Part shown: positions 9,528 to 18,590 of the stretch, in pieces | Position numbering within the stretch: position 1 is the first letter of the stretch | Layout of the letters: each line of letters opens with the position of its first letter | Source: Synechococcus elongatus PCC 6301 | GTDB taxonomy: Bacteria; Cyanobacteriota; Cyanobacteriia; Synechococcales; Synechococcaceae | Direction of reading: 5' to 3' | Assembly: GCF_000010065.1 (NCBI RefSeq) | Contig: NC_006576.1 | Span: 2,640,001-2,672,000 of the forward strand | Length of the DNA stretch: 32,000 bases | The notes under the pieces: generated by a model | Told to the model about the DNA's origin: nothing | Seen by the model: only the letters and a program-made list of their open reading frames with translations | Database searches by the model: none | Made by a program: the position numbers and the translations under genes

Positions 9528-10307
9528 ATGTTGCCGCGTCAAGACTTGCCGGCTGGGGCTGATAACCGAGACTGTCTGGCACGATTGATCGATCTGGCTG
9601 AGCAGTCGATCCGCACTTGGGAACCGGCAATCAGTGATTTTCTGTCGCCGCCGGAGTTAGCGGAAGCCCAAGAGCGATTGGGCCGATTGACGGAATTACA
9701 ACTTCTACCTTGGGGCGGTTATCCACAGGCCGAGCGTCAGCGCCTAGCGATCGCCCGCAGTGAGATGCCTCTCGACGTGGATCAGATCGCGATCGCAGCG
9801 GTAGAGATTGCTGGCAACTTCTTGTTCGACCCTGCGAGCCATCGTGACTTTTTGGGGTCTTTGCTAGGGACTGGTCTTGTCCGCGAAAAAGTAGGCGATA
9901 TCCTCGTGCTGGGCGATCGCGGTGCCCAAGCACTGGTGATGCCAGAACTCGTGGAATTTCTGGGTCTGCAACTGACCCAAGTCCGCAGCGTTCCGGTGAA
10001 GGTTCGCGAAATTCCTCTGGCAGAACTGCGCATCCCAGCCCCACGGATCAAGCAACTGACCACCGTAGAAGCTTCGTTACGGTTGGATGCGATCGCCTCA
10101 GCCGGTTTTGGCCTCTCGCGCAGCAAGATGGTGGACCTGATCAGTCGTGGAGAGGTTCGAGTCAACTGGAAAGCGGCGACCCAGCCCAGTACTCAGCTCA
10201 AAACGGGCGATCTCGTAGCAGTGCGTGGCAAAGGTCGCCTCGCGATTGGTGATGTTCAAGTAACGAAGAAGGAACGCTATCGCCTAGAGCTAACACGTTA
10301 CGTTTAG
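9528..10307 (+). CDS. S4-domain RNA-binding protein, YlmH-like (annotated in cyanobacteria as photosystem II S4 domain protein)
   Basis: 259 aa. C-terminal S4 motif LRLDAIASAGFGLSRSKMVDLISRGEVRVNW. The N-terminal region is YlmH-like. Confidence 0.8.
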   Translation: MLPRQDLPAGADNRDCLARLIDLAEQSIRTWEPAISDFLSPPELAEAQERLGRLTELQLLPWGGYPQAERQRLAIARSEMPLDVDQIAIAAVEIAGNFLFDPASHRDFLGSLLGTGLVREKVGDILVLGDRGAQALVMPELVEFLGLQLTQVRSVPVKVREIPLAELRIPAPRIKQLTTVEASLRLDAIASAGFGLSRSKMVDLISRGEVRVNWKAATQPSTQLKTGDLVAVRGKGRLAIGDVQVTKKERYRLELTRYV

Positions 10308-10554
10308 ATCGCAAATCGTAAGTAAAAAAGTCGCAAGTATAGAAATCTAGCTGAACAGATGCAGCTCCTTAGGTTCAGCCATTACTTTGCTAGGGGCTTA
10401 AATTTTAATTCTAAGTATGCTGAGAGCCAAATCCAGACTTTAGCCTACTAAGTAAGTAGATCACTTAATCCTAGGCTTGATGGCTTGGGATTTATTCCCA
10501 ATTTTATGATTCCAGACAATACCGGCCAAGAAAGAACTGAGGAGAGCAGCGTTT

Positions 10555-11943
10555 ATGCCCGGTAAAGCGAAGGGGCGCAGTCTCACCGCAGCTCAGTTTA
10601 ATTTACGGAGCGATCGCCTGATCGCTGGCAAAGCACTTCGAAATGTTCTGCCCAGAACTGAACAGGCGAGCTGGCAACCCGCCCAGGATCGCCGCGATCC
10701 GATCGCCATTCTAGAAGACTCGAATCAAGGCCGAGTGCCTGAGCTAATTCCCATTCGCTATGGCCGCATGTTGCGCAGTCCGTTCACCTTTCTGAGAGGT
10801 TCTGCGGCGATCATGGCCTACGACTTGGCAACGACGCCCAATACTGGCATTCATGTGCAGGCTTGCGGCGACTGCCATCTTTTAAACTTTGGCCTATTCG
10901 CAACACCAGAGCGCAACCTTGTTTTTGACATCAATGATTTTGACGAGACACACCCTGCCCCTTGGGAGTGGGATCTCAAACGACTTGCAGTCAGCTTTGT
11001 AATTGCTGCTAGAAACAACCAGGTGGTTGATCAAGAGGCCGAATCTATTGCTGTCAGCTGTACTCGCTCCTATCGAGAACATTTACGCAACTATTCTCGG
11101 ATGAGCCCACTTGAGGTTTGGTACGCACGTCTTGAGATGAAAGAGATTATCGAGATGGCTCCCACTGAAAAGATCAGAAAGCGCCGAGAAGAATTTGCAG
11201 AACGCGCCCAAAAAAGAATTGCTGAGCACCTCTTCCCTAAAATTGTAACTCTGAAGGAAGGGAAGCATCAGTTTGTTGATCAGCCGCCAATTCTCTTTCA
11301 TAGCAATGACCCAACTTTAAGAAATCGAGTCATCAATGGACTACAAGCATATCGTAAATCGCTGCCGGATGAACGGCGTGTTCTTTTCGATCGCTATCGA
11401 CTAGAAGACTACGCAACGAAGGTGGTTGGTATTGGAAGTGTAGGTACTCACTGCAGTATTGCTCTCTTTTTCTCTGAAGAGAATCACCCCTTGATTTTGC
11501 AAGTTAAGGAAGCTCGTCAATCAGTTCTAGAACCTTATACTCAGACGAATTGCTATGAGAATCAAGGACAAAGAGTCGTTGTTGGTCAGCGATTAATGCA
11601 GTCGTCTAGCGATATCTTTTTGGGCTGGGCACGATCGGATTTAGGTCGCGATTTCTATGTTCGACAATTGCGAGATATGAAATTTTCCTTGCCCATCGAT
11701 GGAATGCAAGCCGAGCGATTCCACCGCTATGCCGAGTTCTGTGGTTGGGCGCTCGCCCGTGCCCATGCCAAAGCAGGGGATGCAGCCACAATTAGTGGCT
11801 ATTTGGGAAAAGCAGATGCTTTCGATGAAGCGATCGCAAAATTTGCAGTCGCCTACGCCGATCAAACCGAACAAGACTATACAGCCCTAGTTCAGGCTGT
11901 GGCCAGCGGCCGCATTGAGGCGATCGTCGAAGAAGACCTGTAG
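10555..11943 (+). CDS. DUF2252-family protein with kinase-like catalytic motifs
   Basis: 462 aa. ATG is preceded by GGAGAG. Motifs I recall as typical of DUF2252/COG4320: IRYGRMLRSPFTFLRGSA, GDCHLLNFG (10867-10893) and VFDINDFDE (10921-10947). GC content is lower than in neighbouring genes. Confidence 0.8.
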   Translation: MPGKAKGRSLTAAQFNLRSDRLIAGKALRNVLPRTEQASWQPAQDRRDPIAILEDSNQGRVPELIPIRYGRMLRSPFTFLRGSAAIMAYDLATTPNTGIHVQACGDCHLLNFGLFATPERNLVFDINDFDETHPAPWEWDLKRLAVSFVIAARNNQVVDQEAESIAVSCTRSYREHLRNYSRMSPLEVWYARLEMKEIIEMAPTEKIRKRREEFAERAQKRIAEHLFPKIVTLKEGKHQFVDQPPILFHSNDPTLRNRVINGLQAYRKSLPDERRVLFDRYRLEDYATKVVGIGSVGTHCSIALFFSEENHPLILQVKEARQSVLEPYTQTNCYENQGQRVVVGQRLMQSSSDIFLGWARSDLGRDFYVRQLRDMKFSLPIDGMQAERFHRYAEFCGWALARAHAKAGDAATISGYLGKADAFDEAIAKFAVAYADQTEQDYTALVQAVASGRIEAIVEEDL

Positions 11944-12063
11944 GAACACCTTGCCCAGCGAGCTGAACTTGGGGATCCTCTCTGCTGGGCCACACCCGAG
12001 CCACTGGAACCCTGACGACCGAGCCCCCGCACAGGCAAAGAAGCGGGGACTACAAATGAGAAT

Positions 12064-13161
12064 CTAGGCAGAGACGGGAGATTCTAAAGCTGCCAGTAGA
12101 GCATCGCCCATGCCTTTGCAGCCCACAAGAGTCATTCCTTCGGAATACAGATCGCCAGTTCGGTAGCCCTGATCGAGCACTTGGTTGACAGCAGCTTCAA
12201 TGCGGGCAGCAGCTTCCGGCTCATCCAAGCCGTAGCGCAACATCATAGCTGCGCTCAACACTTGAGCGAGGGGGTTGGCTTTGTCTTGACCAGCGATGTC
12301 AGGTGCAGAGCCATGTACCGGTTCAAAAACGCCGGGGCCTTCGGCACCCAAGCTGGCAGACGGCAGCATGCCAATGCTACCCGTCAGCATTGCCGCAATG
12401 TCCGAAAGGATATCCCCAAAAAGATTGCCCGTGACGATGGTGTCGAACTGCTTGGGCCAACGCACCAACTGCATGGCGGCGTTATCAACGTAGAGGTGGC
12501 TGAGCTCCACATCAGCGTAGTCGCTGCCCAAGAGCGTCATCCGATCGCGCCAGAGTTGGGAGACCTCGAGCACATTTGCCTTATCCACCGAGCAAAGACG
12601 TTTGCCCCGTTTGCGGGCAATGTCAAAGGCAACTCGGCCAATGCGATCAATCTCATCCTCGCGGTAGACCATGGTGTTGAAAGCTCGCTGTCGTCCCTGT
12701 TCATCGGCGAAGCAGCCTTTAGGTTCCCCAAAGTAAATGCCGCCGGTCAGTTCTCGCACCACCATCAAATCGACGCCTTCGATCACTTCCCGTTTGAGGG
12801 AGGAGGCATCAACCAATTGAGGCAAAATTGCGGCGGGCCGCAGATTGGCAAACAGACCTAAGCCAGCTCGCAGACCTAAAAGACCGGTTTCCGGACGCTG
12901 CGATCGCGGCAAGGAATCCCACTTGTAGCCCCCGATCGCAGCCAGTAGGACAGCATCACTGTTGCGACAGGTCGCCAACGTGGCTTCAGGCAGGGGCTCA
13001 CCGGTGGCATCGATTGCCGATCCGCCGATCAGTGCTTCCTCAAATTCAAAGTTGAGGTCAAACTGGCGACCGATTGCCCGCAGGATGTCAACGGTCACTG
13101 CCATAATCTCGGGACCGATGCCATCGCCAGGAAGCAGGGTAATCCGATAGGAGCGGGTCAT
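12064..13161 (-). CDS. leuB: 3-isopropylmalate dehydrogenase
   Basis: Trimmed to the ATG at 13161 ([19 protein letters not shown]). Also carries NLFGDILSD and the other LeuB signature segments. Confidence 0.95.
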   Translation of the reverse strand: MTRSYRITLLPGDGIGPEIMAVTVDILRAIGRQFDLNFEFEEALIGGSAIDATGEPLPEATLATCRNSDAVLLAAIGGYKWDSLPRSQRPETGLLGLRAGLGLFANLRPAAILPQLVDASSLKREVIEGVDLMVVRELTGGIYFGEPKGCFADEQGRQRAFNTMVYREDEIDRIGRVAFDIARKRGKRLCSVDKANVLEVSQLWRDRMTLLGSDYADVELSHLYVDNAAMQLVRWPKQFDTIVTGNLFGDILSDIAAMLTGSIGMLPSASLGAEGPGVFEPVHGSAPDIAGQDKANPLAQVLSAAMMLRYGLDEPEAAARIEAAVNQVLDQGYRTGDLYSEGMTLVGCKGMGDALLAALESPVSA

Positions 13162-13321
13162 GGGCGATCGCCTGAAGTCAGCGATTTTCACTGTACTAGA
13201 ACCGCCTCCTCTCACCCAAAACTGAGCTGAGCCACCCCAAGAAAGGTCTGGGTCAACCTACTGGAAAATGACAGGTAGCCTACCCTGCCCAGCGAGCGAG
13301 CGCCCGAGGTTGGAGAGACTA

Positions 13322-13738
13322 CTAGGACATCACGAGGCAGTGATGGAAGAAGGTTTGCAGGCGATCGAGCAGGCGGAGCGCGGGACGATGCTCGAGCTCT
13401 TGCTCAATTTCACAGAGAACTGCTGCCTCACGGGCGTCAATAAGGCTATCAGCGTAGATGACGCTGCTGATTTGCTCTAGCAAGGCTTCAACATCCTCAC
13501 GACGGGGATGCTGTCTCAAATAAGCTGTTAGCCACTGTTCGAAAACAGCAGGCGAAATCGGTGTCGTTCGAGTCATGAGATCCTGAAATTCCGGATCGGC
13601 AGCCAAACGATGTTTTTCTAGCAAGCCCTTCAGGTAATTTCTTTCCTCGGGCTGCATATCGCCATCTAGCCAAGCAGCGCCAATGAGTAAGCGTAAAACA
13701 GAGCGTTGGTCGTGGGGCTCAAGGGTCAAGGGACGCAT
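13322..13738 (-). CDS. Hypothetical TerB-like (tellurite-resistance/DjlA N-domain-like) protein
   Basis: The ATG at 13738 (MRPLTLEPHD...) is preferred over the TTG at 13831. Two TerB-like half-motifs are present: AAWLDGDMQPEERNYL and IYADSLIDAREAAVL. Confidence 0.55.
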   Translation of the reverse strand: MRPLTLEPHDQRSVLRLLIGAAWLDGDMQPEERNYLKGLLEKHRLAADPEFQDLMTRTTPISPAVFEQWLTAYLRQHPRREDVEALLEQISSVIYADSLIDAREAAVLCEIEQELEHRPALRLLDRLQTFFHHCLVMS

Positions 13739-14052
13739 GGTTACAGACACCAATGCAACTGAGGAAAAGATTTCGGAGTCCAACCTCTCTCCTAGGATAG
13801 AGGGCCACCGAAAAAGTCGTGAGTTTCGCAAACCATTCTTTATGTTCAGGGCTTAAAATCAATCTGGTAGGTGTCAACCCGAAAACCAGAAGCGATTGTG
13901 CACCTGGGCTGAGCGATCGCTTGATCTCTTTCGGATGACATAGCGGGATTGTGATGGCCACAAACAACTGCCATAAAATAAAATGACATAAGTCTAAAGC
14001 TTAATGTTTGTTGCAGCTTTTTGAATGGTCATATGCTCAGTGTTTTTTATGA

Positions 14053-14176
14053 TTTATAAATGACAATGAGTAGTTTAAGCTTTTGATATTGACCAAGCAA
14101 AAAAGAACTTTTGTGGTGAAATCTAGGGTTGGATTCAACTTTATAAATACAGGGTGAATACTGCGGGTTTTATAAA
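14053..14176. repeat. Three copies of the palindromic motif TTTATAAA(T) in an AT-rich block
   Basis: Exact TTTATAAAT at 14053-14061, 14140-14148 and 14169-14177. The first copy is a 10-bp perfect palindrome, ATTTATAAAT (14052-14061). Confidence 0.9.
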
Positions 14177-14421
14177 TCCGTTGAAGTTTTTTAAGGTCAG
14201 GCGTAGAAGGGTGTCTGACGGCACTGCGATAGTGTTGTCAGACTCGCTTGGTCTGCCCCCATAACTCGCGATCGCGGAAGCCAAATCAGGACTGGTTGCG
14301 AGCGTTTGTCTCTGGCTGGCGATCCCAATCGGTTAAGGGAGTTGTCGCGCTTCAGTTTCACACTCAGCGGCCCTAGAACTCTGTTGGAGAGGGCGATCGG
14401 CAAAGTTTTTGGTCAGCCTGC

Positions 14422-14451
14422 TTGACAGCCACTGTTGCAGGCTGCAATATT
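14422..14451 (+). promoter_or_regulatory. Putative sigma-70-type promoter of tRNA-Val
   Basis: Consensus -35 TTGACA (14422-14427). An 18-nt spacer leads to TGc-AATATT (14443-14451), an extended -10-like element. The mature tRNA 5' end lies 20 nt downstream. Confidence 0.45.
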
Positions 14452-14470
14452 AATAACTGCGCAAAGACGC

Positions 14471-14542
14471 GGGCGATTAACTCAGGGGTAGAGTACCACC
14501 ATGACAAGGTGGGAGCCACTGGTTCAAATCCAGTATCGCCCA
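14471..14542 (+). tRNA. tRNA-Val (anticodon GAC)
   Basis: Manual cloverleaf. Acceptor GGGCGAT/ATCGCCC, D arm ACTC/GAGT, anticodon stem CCACC/GGTGG with loop AT-GAC-AA, 5-nt variable loop, T arm ACTGG-TTCAAAT-CCAGT, discriminator A. CCA is not encoded. Confidence 0.93.
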
Positions 14543-14620
14543 TACTCAAGCCAGACAACCTAAGCGGTTACTCTTTCCATCCGTACTAGCCTTCGATAGT
14601 GCAGCGGATGCTAGCTCGGC

Positions 14621-15556
14621 TTAGTCTTGGCTGCTGTCAGCATGATAGGAGCTGCGCACGAGTGGCCCCGATCGCACCTGCTGAAAACCCAAATCTCGGG
14701 CGATCGCCCCCAGTTCCTCAAATTCAGCTGGCGTCCAATAGCGCTGCACCGGTAGGTGAGCTAGAGAGGGCTGGAGATATTGCCCCAAGGTCAGGCGATC
14801 GCAACCGACTTGCCGCAGCGCCTGCATCGTTTCAATCACTTCAGCCTGGGTTTCGCCCAGACCCAACATCAAACCTGACTTCGTGGGAATCATGGGAGCT
14901 TGCTGCTTCGCTAGCGCCAGCAACCGTAGCGAGCGATCGTAGCGAGCGCCGCGCCGCACTTGGCCTTGCAGTCGCTCGACGGTTTCAAGGTTGTGGTTAA
15001 AGCAAGCGGGTTGTTCAGCGAGAACAACTGCCAAGCGATCCGCCTGAGCCTGTTCAGCGCGATCGCGATCGGGTTCGCCCCCCCAAAAGTCTGGGGTCAA
15101 CACTTCAATTTGGGTCTGAGGACAGCGCTGGGTGATCGCTTGCATCGTAGCGGCGAATTGAGTCGCACCCTGATCCGGCCGATCATCTCGGGCAACCGCT
15201 GTCAGCACCACATACTGGAGGCCCAAGGTCTCAACCGCTTCGGCCACGCGATCGGGTTCAGTCGGATCCAGTGGCAGCGGTGCATGGCCTTTATCTACTT
15301 GGCAAAAAGCACAGGACCGCGTACAGGTCGGTCCCATCAGTAAAAAGGTGGCTGTCCCCCGGGCATAGCATTCGCCCCGATTTGGACAGCGGCCTTCCTC
15401 ACAAATGGTGTGAATCTGGCGTTGTTTGACAATTTGTTGGACGCGCGAGACCTGACTGGCAAACCCCAGGCCTGATCGCAGCCAAGGGGGGAGGGTGGAA
15501 GCGGGCGGTCTAGAGGCACTCACCGCAAAAGTCCAACGCTGCAGGCATTGTGGCAC
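14621..15556 (-). CDS. lipA: Lipoyl synthase
   Basis: 311 aa. Two Fe-S cluster motifs are present: [12 protein letters not shown] and the radical-SAM motif CTRSCAFC. Confidence 0.93.
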   Translation of the reverse strand: MPQCLQRWTFAVSASRPPASTLPPWLRSGLGFASQVSRVQQIVKQRQIHTICEEGRCPNRGECYARGTATFLLMGPTCTRSCAFCQVDKGHAPLPLDPTEPDRVAEAVETLGLQYVVLTAVARDDRPDQGATQFAATMQAITQRCPQTQIEVLTPDFWGGEPDRDRAEQAQADRLAVVLAEQPACFNHNLETVERLQGQVRRGARYDRSLRLLALAKQQAPMIPTKSGLMLGLGETQAEVIETMQALRQVGCDRLTLGQYLQPSLAHLPVQRYWTPAEFEELGAIARDLGFQQVRSGPLVRSSYHADSSQD

Positions 15557-15587
15557 GGTTGACCCCAGCCTGAGCTGCTCGTTCCAG

Positions 15588-15602
15588 TTGAGACAGTCTC
15601 AA
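15588..15602. repeat. 15-bp perfect palindrome TTGAGAC-A-GTCTCAA, function unknown
   Basis: Read directly from the sequence. Its centre is 39 nt upstream of the lipA ATG. Confidence 0.9.
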
Positions 15603-15708
15603 GATCGGCAACCAGGGGCGCAAGCTTCTGGTCCCGGAGAATTGTCTTCTTCACTTCGTCCTAACTGGATTAGAGAATGCAACATCAGTCCTGAGTTTGG
15701 GTGGTGGC

Positions 15709-16434
15709 CTAGCCGCCGAAGTAGATGCGAACGGTCTGCAAGCCTGCCTTACGCAGCGTCTGCAGTACTGTATTGAGCTGGCTAGACTGGGCGTAGGGGC
15801 CAACTACCACGAAGTTGCCCAGCGGTAGCGATCGGCTCTGAACCTGTCCGCCCTGCAGGTCGAAGCGAGTCAGGACGCTCGTCAGAGCTGGTACGTCTTG
15901 GCCGAAGCTAGGAATCGCCAGGTAATAGCCCCGGTTGTAGGTGGTGGGAATCGGTTGGGGCGTGTTGGCGAAGGGACTCGGCAGTTCCAACGAAGGAATC
16001 AAGCGGCCATCGACCGTGTCTTTGGCAAAGCCGGTGATTCCCAAAGCTTGAAATTGTTGCAGCCGTTGTTTGGCTTCAGTTGCGCCGGTAAAGGTACCCA
16101 GAGTGATAACCGTGCGCCCTTCGAAGTTGAGGAAGCCAACGCTGGGGTCTATCGTCCGCATAATATCGAGCAGCGCTTGGCTCGAACTATTGACGAAGAC
16201 AACATAGTTGCCGGTACTAGGAGAGGGTACCGATCCTCCCGTCGGGACAGGAACGGAGGTTCCTGCTGGCACAACAGGTGTCACTGTGGGGGGCGCAGGC
16301 TGTACAGGGATGGGCGCTGAAGGAACAGCCGTTGGGGGCGGCGGTGGCAAAATATCTTGCGCGATCGCACTAGCGGCGGGAATGAGGCTGCTCGAAAGGC
16401 TACTGAGAAGTAGAAGAAACGATCGCACAGGCAT
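15709..16434 (-). CDS. Secreted proline-rich protein with two SPOR-like repeats (putative peptidoglycan binding)
   Basis: The ATG at 16434 ([10 protein letters not shown]...) is preferred over the TTG at 16452. It has a signal peptide and a [20 protein letters not shown] linker. Two about 70-aa repeats show the SPOR-like pattern (YVVFV...TLGTF..EAKQ...ALGI and YYLAIPSF...VVVGPY...LRKAGL..VRIY). The domain call rests on motif pattern only. Confidence 0.6.
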
Positions 16435-16553
16435 TTGGCTTTGGGGCTCCAAGCCCTCCCTTCGCTGGCAGTGAGTCTAACGGGTTGATCTCCGCCTCGC
16501 AAGTTGTCGGTGTTAGCCTAGAACTGCTACTGCTGCCCAAGTTGACAGAAATA

Positions 16554-17627
16554 ATGGAGCGCGTTGTCGTCGGACTCTCTGGCGGAGTCGATAGTTCCGT
16601 CGCTGCGGCGTTACTACATCGCCAAGGCTACGCCGTAGAAGGGTTGACGCTCTGGCTGATGAAGGGCAAGGGACAGTGCTGCTCGGAAGGCATGGTGGAT
16701 GCGGCCGGCATCTGTGAGCAAATGGGCGTGCCTTATCACGTCGTTGATAGCCGCGATCGCTTCCAGGAGGCGATCGTTGATTACGTTGTCCAAGGCTACG
16801 AAGCTGGCATTACGCCGCTGCCCTGTTCGCAGTGCAATCGGGCCGTCAAGTTTGGGCCAATGCTTGACTACGCCAAAACTGAGTTAAAGGCTGATGCGAT
16901 CGCGACGGGGCATTATGCGCGTCTGCGCCAGAATCCTGAAACGGGGCGGACAGAGCTGCTGCGCGCCGTCGATCGCAATAAGGATCAGACGTACTTTCTC
17001 TACGATCTCCCTCAATCGGTACTTCAATCCGTCAAGTTCCCCTTGGGTGAATTGACCAAACCGGAGACCCGCCAAATTGCAGCTGAGCTGGGGCTGCGTA
17101 CCGCCGAAAAACCGGAAAGTCAGGATCTTTGCTTGGCAGAAGTCCATGGCTCGATGCGGGCATTTCTTGATCGCTACATCGAGTCGCGCGAAGGCGAGAT
17201 TGTTGATCAGAGTGGTCGCGTTCTGGGCAAACACACGGGCATCCATCACTACACAATTGGCCAACGCAAGGGCTTGGGGATTGCCCATAGTGAGCCGCTC
17301 TACGTGATTGCGATCGATCCGATTCAGAATCGTGTGGTCGTCGGCGATCGCCATAGTGCAGCCCAATCTGAATGCACGGTCTCGCGGGTCAATTGGGTTT
17401 CGATCGCCCAACCTGATGCCCCGATTCAAGCGGCCGTCCAAGTGCGCTATCGCTCGGCACCCGTACCCTGTACCGTGATTCCCCTAGCGGGCGATCGGGC
17501 TCGTATTTTGTTTGCAGACCCCCAGTTCAGCATTACGCCCGGCCAAGCGGCGGTTTGGTATGACGGCGATCGCCTTCTGGGTGGAGGCCTGATTGATCGC
17601 GTGGAGCGAACAACGGAGCCAGTCTAG
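16554..17627 (+). CDS. mnmA: tRNA-specific 2-thiouridylase
   Basis: Trimmed to the ATG at 16554 ([18 protein letters not shown], a PP-loop). DQTYFLY and the other MnmA segments are present. Confidence 0.93.
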
Positions 17628-18415
17628 GCATCATCGCCACTGCGCAGAATCGATTTGAGGTGCTTGAGCCCCTTTTTGACTTGGCGCGACACTGTGACCG
17701 CGCTCAGACCGAGTTTTTCAGCAACCTCGCGCTGGGTCAGGTCATAGAAAAAGACAAACTCGAGAATTTCACGAGTTCTCTGCTCGAGCAGCTGCATTGC
17801 TTGCTGGAGTCGAATCCGATCCTCTTCGGCAAGCTGAAAACTGCGATATTTCGGATCTGCGATCGAGTCGCCGAGGCTTGTGACCTGCTCCTCATCGGCG
17901 TACAACGGCTGGTCGAGGCTGAGAGTGGTGCGATTGCGGCCAATCAGACGCACCTCTTGCCATTCCTCAGCATCCAAGCCCAAGCCCTGGCGCAGCTCTT
18001 CCTCCGTGGGTGATCGCCCTAGTTCACGCTGGAGTTTATGGCGGAGGGGGTCAATTTGCTGATGAAGTTCGGCCCAGCGCCGGGGTACTCGCACAGTGCC
18101 ACTGCGATCGCGCAGATAGTGTTGAATCTCGCCGCGGATATAGGGTACTGCGAACGAACTAAATGCTTTACCCCGCTCCAGTTCAAAGCGATCGATCGCC
18201 GCAATTAACCCCAAGGATCCAATCTGCACAAGCTCCTCAAAGCTTTCGGGGCAGCGTTGCACCCAGCGGTAGGCTTCCTGACGCACCAACCCCAAATTCA
18301 GCTCAACGAGTCGATTCCGAATTCGATGATCACGCGTCTGTTGATACTGCCGTAGCAACAGAAACGTTTGTCGGCGGGGGTCAGAGGAGAGAGGTTCGCC
18401 CACATTGCTAACCAA
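17624..18415 (-). CDS. sigF: Group 3 (SigF-type) RNA polymerase sigma factor
   Basis: 263 aa. Region 2 ([19 protein letters not shown]), region 3, and the region 4 HTH ([25 protein letters not shown]) are present. There is no region 1.1 and no long N-terminus. The start is uncertain: TTG at 18415 or GTG at 18403, with no ATG available. The symbol comes from my recollection of the S. elongatus annotation. Confidence 0.82.
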
Positions 18416-18590
18416 GCAGAGGCAGCGTTTATTGCCCTAAGAATCGCACAAGCTTTGCAGCGACAGCGGTAAACGTTGAACTTGTTGACTAAAGCAGTAC
18501 CCGGGACTGACCTAGACAGGAACTCAAATCCTAGTCATGAGGCCTAAGGTAACCCTACTGCCCTCTGGAGCGGTCGCACTGTCAACAGCA

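Noticed and set aside
10350-10379. Hairpin GCTGAAC-N16-GTTCAGC downstream of the S4-protein gene
   Set aside because: The 7-bp stem has a 16-nt loop and is followed by CATTACTTTGC rather than a U-tract. It is a possible weak terminator but unsupported.
12025-12048. Hairpin CCCCGC-N12-GCGGGG between the convergent DUF2252 gene and leuB, as a possible bidirectional terminator
   Set aside because: The 6-bp stem has a large loop and no U-tract on either strand. That is not enough to call a terminator.
12181-12861. 226-aa plus-strand ORF antisense to leuB
   Set aside because: It lies entirely inside leuB on the opposite strand. It has no motifs and a shadow-ORF composition.
14045-14070. Fur-box or NtcA-box interpretation of the AT-rich palindromic sites
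   Set aside because: Aligning by eye to the Fur 19-mer consensus gave few matches. No GTA-N8-TAC NtcA pattern is present.
14197-14403. 68-aa minus-strand ORF in the non-coding interval
   Set aside because: It has a TTG start, an R/S/L-rich composition, no SD sequence and no motifs. I treat the region as a candidate RNA or non-coding segment instead.
10428-14533. Possible tRNA-Val-anchored genomic island, suggested by a 9-nt match (CAAATCCAG at 10428-10436 versus the tRNA T-arm region at 14525-14533)
   Set aside because: A 9-mer match to some part of a tRNA is expected by chance in 32 kb. The enclosed interval contains the core gene leuB, and no integrase is present.
16884-17441. 185-aa minus-strand ORF antisense to mnmA
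   Set aside because: It is a shadow ORF opposite a strongly supported gene, with no motifs.
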